Assembly (NCBI GenBank): GCA_964448115.1
Contig: CAYUVA010000012.1
Span: 7,769-71,768, forward strand
Reading direction: 5' to 3'
DNA: 64,000 bases
Source of the DNA: an uncultured bacterium
GTDB taxonomy: Bacteria; CAYUVA01
The position numbers and the translations under genes were made by a program. Below the pieces are notes generated by a model. That model worked only from the letters and a program-made list of their open reading frames with translations, was not told where the DNA came from and did not search any database. This document shows, in pieces, positions 18,800-28,769 of the stretch; within the stretch, counting starts at the first letter, position 1; each line of letters begins with the position of its first letter.

Positions 18800-20773
18800 A
18801 TGTTGATTCGTTTACATAGGGACAAGCTGAGCGGAAAGCTGGAGATAGCCTTAACTGGCATAATGATCCTTTATATCCTGGTCATGGTTCAAGCCAAGCT
18901 GAACTGTTTCGATCTCTTTTTACACCTGGCAACCGGCAGGTATATCATTGAAAATTCGAGCATCCCTAGGCAGGATGTCTTCTCGTTCACCAATCTGGGT
19001 CGCCCCTGGACATGCCACGAGTGGGGATTCGGGGTGTTTATCTACTTACTCTACAAGGCAATCGGCTTGGAGTTGCTGAGCCTGCTAAAGCCGATCCTCA
19101 TCGGGCTAACATTCTATCTATGTATCAGGATCACCAGGTTGAAGGGCGCCCAGGCTTGGGCTTTATTCATCCCCATATTCCTCTCGCTGAAGCCGGTACA
19201 CTTCAACATGTTGCTTCGCCCACAATTGTTGACCTTCATGTTCTTAGTGCTAGTGCAATATCTACTGGAGCGAAACCGCTACTCAGGGGAAAAAAGGTTG
19301 CTATACCTGCTTCCACCGATATTCTTGATCTGGGCTAATGTGCATGGGGCGGTTATTATCGGCATGGGTTATTATCTGCTTTATTTGGTCGCCTGCTTCA
19401 TGGACTTGAAGCTTAACCTCCCAATAGGCACGAGTATCGATAAAGAAAGGATGCTGAAGGCATTTTGCCACGCATTATTGATGCTACCAGTTTCATGGTT
19501 GGTTAGCCTGCTGAATCCCAGCAATATCGGTATTTATACCTACTATTTCAAGGTAAGGGGTCTTACAAAGGATATCTTCATCCTCGAATGGCAACCACCC
19601 ACCTTAAGTGGTCATAGCTGGTTCTTCGTATATTTTGCTTTCGCTGTCATCATGTTTCTCCTATGCTGGCGAAGGTTCGGTGCTGTTGAGCTATTTACCC
19701 TTATCGCCTTTGGTTACCTGGGATTATCCGCGCGCAGAAACATGGCAATATTTGTATTTATGAGCCTTCCCATTGTCGCCCTGGCTATAACAACTGCTGG
19801 AAAATGGATATATAAAAAGCTGGGGAATAAACCCCTTCGCCGATGCTTGCAGGTCGTCTATGCGGCTGTAATACTTGGCTTGGGATCATTCATGGCAATC
19901 AGTGTGATAAACGATTGGCGCCTGAAGTACGGGATTGGAGTCGAAGAGAAACAATATCCCCAAAGGGCAGCGGACTTCATCGAACAGAATCAGCTTGTCG
20001 GACAGATGTTCAATTCATACCAGATCGGGGGCTACCTTATCTGGAGATTCTATGGCCAAAGACAGGTGTTCTACGATGGCAGAACCGTTCTGCACAGCTC
20101 ACTTCTGACCAAGCTAACCCGGCAGACCTGGGAGAGGATCTTTGAGGATCTGGAGATAAACTTTTGCATAATCAGCAGCCCCTGGAAGCACGCGGTGGTG
20201 GAGAACCTGGTCATACAAGACTTAGAAGCCTGGCGCCTGGTTTACTGGGATGCCGAGTACCTTGTCTATCTCAAGGATGATGTCATAAATCAACCGGTCA
20301 TAGAGCAACACGGATACCAGTACGCCAATCCATCGATTCTGGTCAGCTCGCTGCCGATAAGTGAATACCCGATACTCATCGAGGAGCTTGAGCGAAATCT
20401 GGCTCTTGCGCCCGACAATCCGATGGCATTGACCATGCTGGCAACGGTTTATGCCATACAAGGTGGTGCTGCAAATAAAGCCGAGGCGATGAGACTGCTC
20501 AGGGAGGCAATAGAGCTGGATCCTCGCTTCGCAAAGGCTTATGCCAGGCTCTCTTACCTTTACTACCAGATTGGGAAATATTCCGATTCGGTTGACTTTG
20601 GATTAAAAGCCATGCAGCTCGGCGTTCAGACCGATGAATTATGGTTTCTGGTCGGCAAGGCTTATGTGAAACTGGGTGATAAAAAAAAGGCAGCCTCGAT
20701 CTTTCGCAACTTAAACCAAAAGGGCTTCATCGATGATGAGCTACTTTATTACCTGAAGCTGGCAGAGGGATGA
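18800..20773 (+). CDS. Polytopic membrane protein with C-terminal TPR repeats (architecture of GT-C fold TPR glycosyltransferases such as TMTC/PMT)
   Basis: About 10 hydrophobic helices in the first 370 aa or so. C-terminal TPR-like repeats (LALAPDNPMALTMLATVYAIQGG ... AIELDPRFAKAYARLSYLYYQIGKY). Function is inferred from architecture only. Confidence 0.75.
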   Translation: MLIRLHRDKLSGKLEIALTGIMILYILVMVQAKLNCFDLFLHLATGRYIIENSSIPRQDVFSFTNLGRPWTCHEWGFGVFIYLLYKAIGLELLSLLKPILIGLTFYLCIRITRLKGAQAWALFIPIFLSLKPVHFNMLLRPQLLTFMFLVLVQYLLERNRYSGEKRLLYLLPPIFLIWANVHGAVIIGMGYYLLYLVACFMDLKLNLPIGTSIDKERMLKAFCHALLMLPVSWLVSLLNPSNIGIYTYYFKVRGLTKDIFILEWQPPTLSGHSWFFVYFAFAVIMFLLCWRRFGAVELFTLIAFGYLGLSARRNMAIFVFMSLPIVALAITTAGKWIYKKLGNKPLRRCLQVVYAAVILGLGSFMAISVINDWRLKYGIGVEEKQYPQRAADFIEQNQLVGQMFNSYQIGGYLIWRFYGQRQVFYDGRTVLHSSLLTKLTRQTWERIFEDLEINFCIISSPWKHAVVENLVIQDLEAWRLVYWDAEYLVYLKDDVINQPVIEQHGYQYANPSILVSSLPISEYPILIEELERNLALAPDNPMALTMLATVYAIQGGAANKAEAMRLLREAIELDPRFAKAYARLSYLYYQIGKYSDSVDFGLKAMQLGVQTDELWFLVGKAYVKLGDKKKAASIFRNLNQKGFIDDELLYYLKLAEG

Positions 20774-20799
20774 AAATTTCACTATACATAGGTGCATAA

Positions 20800-21813
20800 A
20801 TGGATAAGAGCTTGTTTAACCTCAAGCTGCGCTACCACCTTGGGCACATAGCCCAACATGTAAACATGCGCCTGCCCAAGAAACAACGATATCCCAAGGC
20901 TGTGTTGCTTGAGGTTACCGATGCCTGCAACCTGTCCTGCTCGATGTGCCCGGTAAACAATCCAGAGGCGGTGCGAAGAAAGAAAAGAAGCTTCATGGAA
21001 TTCGAGCTTTTCAGGCAGGCGGTAGATGAAATAGCCACCTTTGCTCCCTGTCATCTCCAGCCCCAGGGCGGCGGAGAGCCACTACTACATCCACAATTCG
21101 AGCAGATGCTAAGATATGCAAGGAAAAAGCCTGCAATTACCATTGGATTCAACACCAATGCAATGGCTCTTGATGAACATTGGGCGAGACTCTTGGTAGA
21201 ATTAAAGATAGATGAGATCGGCATCAGCCTCGATGCTCACGATGCACAAAGCTTCAAGGAGATAACAGGAAAGGACGGCTTTGAGAAGGTGAACGAAAAT
21301 ATCCATAGGTTGATCGAGGTCAAGCAAGAAACAGGTTCCACAAAGCCGATGATAAAGCTCCTGCTGGTCATCATGGATGAGAACAATGAGTATGTTAGCG
21401 ATTACATAAACAAATGGATACAGCTAGCCGACCAGGTATGCATCCAGGCAAAACGGGATATGACCGGCAGAAAAGTGCCCCAACCATTGATTCCCCCTCG
21501 CCGTCCTCACCCTTGCACAAGGCTGTTTACCACCGCGGTAGTCAACGCCAAGGGAGAGCTTGTATTGTGTTGCGAGGACTGGGACTCGCAGGTAACCTTC
21601 GGATGCATTAAAGATAAAAGCATCCTTGAACTATGGAATTCCCCCAAGTACGAAGCGTTTCGCAAAAGACACCTATCCGGGAATGTAAAGGGACTGACCT
21701 TGTGCCAGGATTGCTATGTCTTATGCAATGATCACATAGAGTTCGAGCGACGCCAGGGACTTGTCATACAAAGATCCCTCGCCGTGGAGACCTACACGAG
21801 AGCAAGGCAATGA
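20800..21813 (+). CDS. Radical SAM protein with C-terminal SPASM/twitch-like Cys-rich domain
   Basis: CxxxCxxC: EVTDACNLSCSMCP. C-terminal Cys cluster: CTRLF...LCCEDWDS...FGC...LCQDCYVLC. Stop overlaps the next gene's ATG (ATGA). Confidence 0.85.
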   Translation: MDKSLFNLKLRYHLGHIAQHVNMRLPKKQRYPKAVLLEVTDACNLSCSMCPVNNPEAVRRKKRSFMEFELFRQAVDEIATFAPCHLQPQGGGEPLLHPQFEQMLRYARKKPAITIGFNTNAMALDEHWARLLVELKIDEIGISLDAHDAQSFKEITGKDGFEKVNENIHRLIEVKQETGSTKPMIKLLLVIMDENNEYVSDYINKWIQLADQVCIQAKRDMTGRKVPQPLIPPRRPHPCTRLFTTAVVNAKGELVLCCEDWDSQVTFGCIKDKSILELWNSPKYEAFRKRHLSGNVKGLTLCQDCYVLCNDHIEFERRQGLVIQRSLAVETYTRARQ

Positions 21814-23333
21814 CAGCCAGCAACCAGCCCAAAGTATTGCTCATCTTCCCTCCAACCCATTATCGGAATCATACCCCGCCTTTAAACCTCGCTTACTTAT
21901 GTGCTTGCCTGAGGAGGGCGGGTTGCTCGGTCAAGGTGATCGACGCGGCTGCGGTCAAGGTCGATCTAAGCATCGATGAGATAACCTGTCTGGCTAGGGA
22001 TTATCAGCCGGATCTCATCGGTATCACCATGAATGCCCTGTTCATTCTCCCTGCCTACGATCTTGCCCGCCGGTTGCGAGCTATCGGCGTTCCAATAATC
22101 GCTGGCGGTCCCCATCCAAGCATTTTGCCTGATGAAGCGCTTGAAAATGGCAGCCATATCGTGGTCAGAAACGAGGGTGAGTTGACCGTAATGGAGCTTA
22201 TCGAGTGGCTGCGGGGGAATAGAAGGCTGGAGGAGATCGCCGGCATCAGCTTTATGAAAGACGGCGTGGCGAAACATAATCCACCTCGAGCCCTTATCGA
22301 TGATCTCGATTCGCTGCCATTTCCGGATAAGGATATCTTTGAGCGCGCCGATTATATAGAAGACTCCGAGCTTTACCAGTGCTATGGAACTATCTTCTCC
22401 AGCCGCGGCTGCCCGCATAATTGCACATATTGCAATAAGAGCGTCTTCGGTAGGGTAGTGCGCGCTCGCAGCCCGGAAAATGTCCTTGAGGAGATGCTTT
22501 ATCTAAGGCGAAATTATGATGTAACCGCCTTCGAGTTCCTCGATGACACCTTCTCGCTTCGCTTAGATAGGGTCGATAAGATCTGCGATATGATCCTCGC
22601 TGAACCGGAGCTGAAGGGGATCTGCTGGCAGTGCACCACTCGCATGGATCTCACCTCGGACGAGCTGCTTCAAAAGATGCGCCAGGCAGGGTGTTTCAGG
22701 CTATTTTACGGCATGGAAAGCGGAGACCAGGAGACGCTCAAGAGAGTAAATAAGCGCTTGAACATCGAAAAGGCGGTGCAGGTGCTGAAGTGGACACATG
22801 ATCTGAAGATGCGTTCCATCGTTGCTTTTATGTTCGGCTTCCCATGGGAGACAACCAAACATGTCTCCAATACCTACTCCCTGCTCCGGCGCATAAGTCC
22901 TTATGTCGATGAGTACAACCCATTGGGGATGTTAGTTCCGGTGCCGGGCACGCCGATGTATGAGCAGTATCACCGGGAATATGGCTTCACTGACTGGTGG
23001 CTTATGCCGAGCTTCGGCATCAGGTATCGCTCAAACCAGTACTTCCCTTATTTTCGGCGCCGATTCTTCAATGACTTCGCTTTGCTGGAGGATGGCTTTT
23101 TCAGTTACCCGCCGGCGGTTAAAAGAGAGATAAAAAGATGCCTTCGCTTCATCGGCAAGCACAACATCTATAAAAACAATCCGCGCATCAAGGCTCATAC
23201 CATTTATTGCTTCGTCCTTATATCAAAGGTTCTGTATAGGGTGCATCCCAAGCTGGAGCAGCTCGTATTCTTCATACTAGGCAGGATAAAAAAGATCATT
23301 TTTAATTATTCGTTCAGAATAACAAGGAACTAG
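21810..23333 (+). CDS. B12-binding (class B) radical SAM protein
   Basis: N-terminal B12-binding-like region (VLLIFPPTHY ... LNLAYLCACLRRAGCSVKVIDAA). Radical SAM motif SSRGCPHNCTYCNK. 507 aa. Confidence 0.9.
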   Translation: MTASNQPKVLLIFPPTHYRNHTPPLNLAYLCACLRRAGCSVKVIDAAAVKVDLSIDEITCLARDYQPDLIGITMNALFILPAYDLARRLRAIGVPIIAGGPHPSILPDEALENGSHIVVRNEGELTVMELIEWLRGNRRLEEIAGISFMKDGVAKHNPPRALIDDLDSLPFPDKDIFERADYIEDSELYQCYGTIFSSRGCPHNCTYCNKSVFGRVVRARSPENVLEEMLYLRRNYDVTAFEFLDDTFSLRLDRVDKICDMILAEPELKGICWQCTTRMDLTSDELLQKMRQAGCFRLFYGMESGDQETLKRVNKRLNIEKAVQVLKWTHDLKMRSIVAFMFGFPWETTKHVSNTYSLLRRISPYVDEYNPLGMLVPVPGTPMYEQYHREYGFTDWWLMPSFGIRYRSNQYFPYFRRRFFNDFALLEDGFFSYPPAVKREIKRCLRFIGKHNIYKNNPRIKAHTIYCFVLISKVLYRVHPKLEQLVFFILGRIKKIIFNYSFRITRN

Positions 23334-23377
23334 AAAACTGTATTTAGATAACTAGGAACTAATAAACAAGAAACTAA

Positions 23378-25150
23378 TTATCGAGATAAAGAATACATAA
23401 TATCTTCCAGGCGACCATCCTTAAACATCAGCACCACATTATCGTATTTTAGGCGTTCAATGGTCTCAAGGTTATCATCGGGAAGTGAAATATTAAGGAA
23501 GGCAGCCGTCTCTTCTATGCCCATGCCAGGCTCCAGGAAATCTGTGATCCCATCGCAGGTGAAATCGATGAATCGGTCATCACAATAGCATCTGTCCTCA
23601 TAGCTTCGGAAAACTCCGCTCATGTAACCATTCTCGAACAGGTAGGAGGCATAGCCCCTGGGGGTGCTATAGATGGCGATAAAAGGAGCCTCCTGGTTAT
23701 CGACCTCTACGAATCCCCTTGAGTAAGATCGATTTATCTTTACAATAAAATCAGGCTTGCCAGCGAGGCTCGTGAAGTAATCCACTGGTGAAAGATTCAA
23801 CGCCATAAGAAACTTATGCTCCTTAGCCATCTGCTGATCGACCTCTAGCGGTTTCAATCCTGTGGATAATAGTCTTATCTTGTCGGTAAGGATCTGTCGG
23901 AAGCTGAGTTCTCCAACGGTTGGAATATAGCCGCTTGCGAATTGGTGCAAAAACAAGGCATTGTAGGCAACAAGAACCAGGTACAAAGCAACCGTCGGTA
24001 TGGACAGTCTTCTTCCACTGACTTGCTGGAGTAACTCGGCAGCGCCAAAGGCGATTATGGCCGTAACGCAGGCGAACTGCCTTAAGCCATAATGCATCCC
24101 GATGCCATAAAACTTGACACAACTGTTTATGTAGGCTTGCATGAAAAAGGCTATCAGCAGCGAGATCAGAAGTAACCTTCTTCTTGCGCCGATTATCAAT
24201 CCGATCAAGCCGATACCTAAAAAAGGTGTCCAGACCAATAAACCGTGGTTGGTGGAGAAGAACATGGACAACAGCTTGGGATGCTGCGGACGCAGAAACG
24301 AGCTGCCTGCATAATAATATACGAAAAGTTTCTCGTGGATATACTGCCAGTAGATGATCTGCGGAGAGAATCCGATCAGCGCTGATGGGATGATCAAAGC
24401 GTTGATGCCGATTATACGGGGGATTATGATGAAGTTTCTCGATCTCATCGCCTGGTATAGCCTCCAGATCATATCAAGCAGCGGCAGGATCAGAAAAAGT
24501 CCATTCTGCCAGCGCACCAGGATCATCATCCCCCCTGCCAGCCCGAGTATAATCATGCTCCTTGCCGTGGGATCATTCCTCTGCTGATGCCAATAGTAGA
24601 TAAAAAGGGTAACCGCAAAGAATGAAGGGGCGTGGTTCATCGTGGTCTGCCATATTGTGGTGTTCAGGGTCGCTGTTCCCGCGACCGCAGCTAATGAGCA
24701 TAACCCGCTTATCCATATCGGGTAGTGGCTCCTCAGCAGCCGAAAGGTCAGCGCAATGCCAATGAAGCTGTATAATAGGTTGGCAAAGTAGGCTGAAAAT
24801 CGGTGGAATAGCGACATTGGGTCCGTGGATACCGCAAATCCAAGCTTGGATAGGATGATGCTAAGAAGATGAAAGAGCGAAAAAAATGGCGCCCAGAGAA
24901 GAGCCGTGCCAACTGGAACCGAGTGATAATGACCTCGCTGTGGATTAAGCAGAACCTGCCTCTCCATCCACCAGAAGCTACGGTCGAATATAAAGCTGAC
25001 CACCTGGCTATAGTATCCGTTGGCATCCCCCTCAAGAATCGGCTTGATATCGAGACGCACCTGTATCACGAAGAAAAGGGCTAGAATAAACAAAGCAGCC
25101 AATACCCAAAAAAATGGAAGCTCACCTGAAATCTTATCTTTGAGGCTCAT
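23378..25150 (-). CDS. Polytopic membrane protein, putative GT-C fold glycosyltransferase (ArnT/PMT-like topology)
   Basis: 590 aa with 12 or more hydrophobic segments. Acidic loop motif EGDANGYY after TM1 resembles the first-loop DE motif of GT-C families. No soluble catalytic domain recognisable. Confidence 0.65.
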   Translation of the reverse strand: MSLKDKISGELPFFWVLAALFILALFFVIQVRLDIKPILEGDANGYYSQVVSFIFDRSFWWMERQVLLNPQRGHYHSVPVGTALLWAPFFSLFHLLSIILSKLGFAVSTDPMSLFHRFSAYFANLLYSFIGIALTFRLLRSHYPIWISGLCSLAAVAGTATLNTTIWQTTMNHAPSFFAVTLFIYYWHQQRNDPTARSMIILGLAGGMMILVRWQNGLFLILPLLDMIWRLYQAMRSRNFIIIPRIIGINALIIPSALIGFSPQIIYWQYIHEKLFVYYYAGSSFLRPQHPKLLSMFFSTNHGLLVWTPFLGIGLIGLIIGARRRLLLISLLIAFFMQAYINSCVKFYGIGMHYGLRQFACVTAIIAFGAAELLQQVSGRRLSIPTVALYLVLVAYNALFLHQFASGYIPTVGELSFRQILTDKIRLLSTGLKPLEVDQQMAKEHKFLMALNLSPVDYFTSLAGKPDFIVKINRSYSRGFVEVDNQEAPFIAIYSTPRGYASYLFENGYMSGVFRSYEDRCYCDDRFIDFTCDGITDFLEPGMGIEETAAFLNISLPDDNLETIERLKYDNVVLMFKDGRLEDIMYSLSR

Positions 25151-25346
25151 GAGGATAGCCTTTATACTAAACTCTCCTCTCGGTTTCGTTTACAGGCGCA
25201 ACTTGGACTATCTCTTGATTTAATCTACCATATCTCTCATGTGAAGAGGTAATTTTTTTCGGTCAAGTCTGTTTTTTCCTGTAAAATCTGACATGGCTTA
25301 AACTACCACCGGAGCGAATCCGAGGATCAGGATTATTCAGTCTATT

Positions 25347-26153
25347 TTAGCTGCGCTCGAAGCGATCTGAATTCTGGAATTCCTTGAGCTGCTCAATAGT
25401 CTCTAACCCTAGCTCCTCGGCAATCTGTAGTAGCCTTATGAAGACCTGCGCGCAAGCCCTAGCGTCCCCAAGCGCCCTATGCCGGCCGCTAATATTTATA
25501 TTCAACGCATGGCAAAGGTCATCCAGATTCCTCCTCTTCTGCCCTCGCATCAATCTTCGCGCCAGCTTGACTGTGCAGAAACGTTCATTAGTAATTACCT
25601 GACCCGAATAGCGACGAATCTCCTCTTTGATAAATCCGAAGTCGAAATGTACATTATGCGCAACCATAGCCCTATCTCCCATGAAGTCTATAAATCGAGG
25701 CATTACCTCCTCGGCTCTGGGCGCCTTTTGTACCATTAGCTGGGTTATGCCGGTCAATCGCTCGATAAAGGATGGTATCTCACAGCAGGGATTGACCAGA
25801 GATACGAATTGATCCACCACCTTGCCTTGGCTTATGATCACACCAGCTATTTCAGTTATTCGCGAGTTCCTCGGCGAGATGCCGGTAGTCTCCACATCCA
25901 CGGCTATATATTCGAGGTCGGTCAGGAACTTGCGCTCAAGGATATCCTGCCTTTTGCACCAGTAGCCGTTTTGATCCTTGATGAAGCGATGATCTCGATG
26001 AAACAAGGCATCGACTATCTTCTCCGCCATTTGGTCGTTGCCACCCTCCAGAAGCAGATAATCCGAGTAGATCTCTGTATAGTGAAGCGACTCTTTATCA
26101 TTCAACACCTGATCAATGCGGTTGATGATCTCGTTGTCATCGATAAGTTTCAT
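25347..26153 (-). CDS. DnaQ-like (DEDDh) 3'-5' exonuclease with an N-terminal extension of about 85 aa
   Basis: Exo I: IAVDVETTGISPRNSRITEIAGV. Exo III with His: MVAHNVHFDFGFI. Lies 4 nt downstream of the membrane spermidine-synthase-like gene on the same strand. Confidence 0.85.
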   Translation of the reverse strand: MKLIDDNEIINRIDQVLNDKESLHYTEIYSDYLLLEGGNDQMAEKIVDALFHRDHRFIKDQNGYWCKRQDILERKFLTDLEYIAVDVETTGISPRNSRITEIAGVIISQGKVVDQFVSLVNPCCEIPSFIERLTGITQLMVQKAPRAEEVMPRFIDFMGDRAMVAHNVHFDFGFIKEEIRRYSGQVITNERFCTVKLARRLMRGQKRRNLDDLCHALNINISGRHRALGDARACAQVFIRLLQIAEELGLETIEQLKEFQNSDRFERS

Positions 26154-26157
26154 CTTT

Positions 26158-28587
26158 TCAAGCCTTCAGCATACAGATAGCAGCTATGATATAAATAGCA
26201 CCTGAGAGCATAAAAAGAAAGGTGAATCCGATGGTCATGGCTATAAACATGGCTGCAATGGAGCCGATGACCGATGCGCAGCCATTTATACCCCAGCACC
26301 AAGGAGTAAACTTGGTTTTCCTTTGTGATACCATAAGCAAGCCTGATGGAAAGGGCATGCCTAGCAATAATCCTATCGGTGCAGTGATGACAAGCGCGAT
26401 AGCTACTCTGATAAAAAATGGGATGCCCAGTAGGCTATCGAGCAGTGGGAAAACCAGAGATACATATAATGTGATCAAGCAAACCAGCGCTATTACGACC
26501 AGGGTAACATTTCTTTTGGCTTTATCCTGCAATCTCGAGGCTAGCAGGCTGCCGACCCCGGTAAAGACCAATATCGAAAGCAGCACAACGGTTATCGAGT
26601 AGATCGGATGCCCCAAGAACAGGTTCAGCTTCTGGATCAAAGAGATCTCCATGAACATGAAGCCGACGCCCAGGCAAGTGAAATAAACCAGAAAAAATCC
26701 AGAGCCAGGCATCCGAATCCCGTCTTTGTTGTTCTTGTAAAGTGGATAAAGGATAAAAAGCACCGAGAGGAAGATCGCCTGGATGAATAAGACGATAAGA
26801 ATTATCTCTCCGATGGGGAAACTAGCGCCATCCTGACCGCCTACACCACTGGGAGAGAGTCTGAAGTCATGCCACTTGTAGTACTTGAAGAAAAACGGCG
26901 CATCATCATATACCGGCACGATGTTATATCGGTACATTTCATAGAAAGCTTGCGGATCATCGCTGTTAAGCAAGCCATAAAAAGCGTTGTTCCCCACCCG
27001 TCCAGGCAGGTAGAGTTTCTCAAAGCCATTTTTATCGGCAAAACTACGCAATGTATCTATCTCTCGTCTGGTCAGGGGAGTTTTCTTGAGGATAAAGCTG
27101 GCGTAAGTCCCCTCGCCGATGACCGCAATATTATCCCTTGGATGTCCCATATCGGCACACTCGAAGGCTACTATGGCGAGTGAACATAGCCTGAGCACCT
27201 CCCGTGGAGGACGAAACATGTAGCGGATATAGCATATAGTGCCGTCATCCTTGAGATGAGCCAGCATATCGAGGATGGCTTCTACTGTATAGAGGTAATT
27301 CTCGCTGAGCGTATATGCTCCCGATGCCAGCCCTGACCAGGTGTCCACGCCAGATAACTGGATATGGTCATACTGCTGCTTGCTTCTCCTGATGAAGCTC
27401 CTTCCCTCGCAATAGTGGATATCTACCAGCTTGTGTTGATAAAGATTTCCCGTGAAGTCAGCGAAATACCTGCCGGGTATATCGACCATGACCCGGTTCA
27501 GCTCAGCGCCATCTACCCTTGAGGCTCCGTTTTTCAGCGCGGTGAGGATGTCTATACCCCCGCCTAATCCGATTGCAAGCACCTTCGGTGCATCGTGCAA
27601 TTGGTATGCTACTGAATAAAGTGCATGATCCAGCGCTTCCAACTTGCTAAAGTCCCCATCGAAGGCGGTAAGCATGGTGCCAGCGTCTCCATCTATCGAG
27701 ATCCCGTACTGCGGGGGGATGTAGCCCTTATAGCGGTCGCTTAAACCGACTATATGCATCGGCGCCGGATGCTCGCTGATAGAGGTTACATCCAGGCGGG
27801 ATATCAGGCTCCACTTGGAGAAGACGATGCGAGGGGCGTAGCCCTGCTTGGATAGCGCAAGCATCTCCGCCAGTCCCTTGCTCGGACAAGGAGGGACGCG
27901 CAGGGCGGTAGGAGATATGACAAACAGGAAGACAAAGATAAAAACTGATCCACCGACCTTTAGATAATCCCAACACTTTAAGGATCCAAGAGAAAATAAA
28001 ATAAAGGCTGCTAATGGTAATGTCGCACAGATTATTAAAACACGCGGCGCACCTAGAGGTGATATCAAGCCAGCCACCAGCAGGCATCCTACCCCGGCGC
28101 CGAGTAGATCCCAGAAATAGATGCGACTTATTCTCGCTGGATACATGGTAAAAGAGGCGCCAATAATCACCCCGGCAAAGAAAAATGGCACAAACAACAA
28201 TAGGTAATATAAGAACAGGTAGATCAACTGTATTGGCTCAGACCAAACCTTGAACGGATCCAGCGGTATCTCTCTAAGTAGAATATAGGCTACAATAGTG
28301 CTTATCGAGAAAAATAGCGAATTATCGGACAGCATCCTCTTATGCGCATCGTCTCTGGCAAGGCTGCTGCTTACCGACAGATAAGCCCCGGATGCGCCGA
28401 AGCCCAACAGCACGATACTTATAACCATGAAGGCGAAGTGGTACCATATCGTTATACTGCATATCCGAGTTAGCAGGATCTCCAGTGAAAGCACCGAACA
28501 GGAGACCAGGAAGATCCCGGCATAGACGCTGCTGGAGAATCGATTCGAGGTGTTATAATTCATTTCTATCCTTGAGCTATTATTCAA
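26158..28587 (-). CDS. Membrane-embedded spermidine synthase-like (aminopropyltransferase-fold) protein
   Basis: 809 aa with many TM helices at both ends. Central Rossmann region VLAIGLGGGIDILTALKNGASRVDGAELNRVMVDI ... KLVDIHYCEGRSF ... YDHIQLSGVD matches the spermidine/spermine synthase SAM/dcSAM-binding fold. Confidence 0.8.
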   Translation of the reverse strand: MNNSSRIEMNYNTSNRFSSSVYAGIFLVSCSVLSLEILLTRICSITIWYHFAFMVISIVLLGFGASGAYLSVSSSLARDDAHKRMLSDNSLFFSISTIVAYILLREIPLDPFKVWSEPIQLIYLFLYYLLLFVPFFFAGVIIGASFTMYPARISRIYFWDLLGAGVGCLLVAGLISPLGAPRVLIICATLPLAAFILFSLGSLKCWDYLKVGGSVFIFVFLFVISPTALRVPPCPSKGLAEMLALSKQGYAPRIVFSKWSLISRLDVTSISEHPAPMHIVGLSDRYKGYIPPQYGISIDGDAGTMLTAFDGDFSKLEALDHALYSVAYQLHDAPKVLAIGLGGGIDILTALKNGASRVDGAELNRVMVDIPGRYFADFTGNLYQHKLVDIHYCEGRSFIRRSKQQYDHIQLSGVDTWSGLASGAYTLSENYLYTVEAILDMLAHLKDDGTICYIRYMFRPPREVLRLCSLAIVAFECADMGHPRDNIAVIGEGTYASFILKKTPLTRREIDTLRSFADKNGFEKLYLPGRVGNNAFYGLLNSDDPQAFYEMYRYNIVPVYDDAPFFFKYYKWHDFRLSPSGVGGQDGASFPIGEIILIVLFIQAIFLSVLFILYPLYKNNKDGIRMPGSGFFLVYFTCLGVGFMFMEISLIQKLNLFLGHPIYSITVVLLSILVFTGVGSLLASRLQDKAKRNVTLVVIALVCLITLYVSLVFPLLDSLLGIPFFIRVAIALVITAPIGLLLGMPFPSGLLMVSQRKTKFTPWCWGINGCASVIGSIAAMFIAMTIGFTFLFMLSGAIYIIAAICMLKA

Positions 28588-28769
28588 GCTTAAAAAAATC
28601 GAAGGATAATGTATATCAATTCATGCTGGATCTTCAAATTTGGCGACTATTAATTCTGCATTATTTTGGCTTTTTTGCATGGAAATATTCCCTCTCCCAG
28701 TGGAGTCTGTCTCAACTTGGTTTTATTAGTTAGCTTTGCTAGCATTAGTAGTTGTTTGTGGCATAATAA

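Noticed and set aside
28664-28679. TGGC-N6-TGCA resembling a sigma-54 -24/-12 element
   Set aside because: The GG-to-GC spacing is 9 rather than 12, so it does not fit the consensus.
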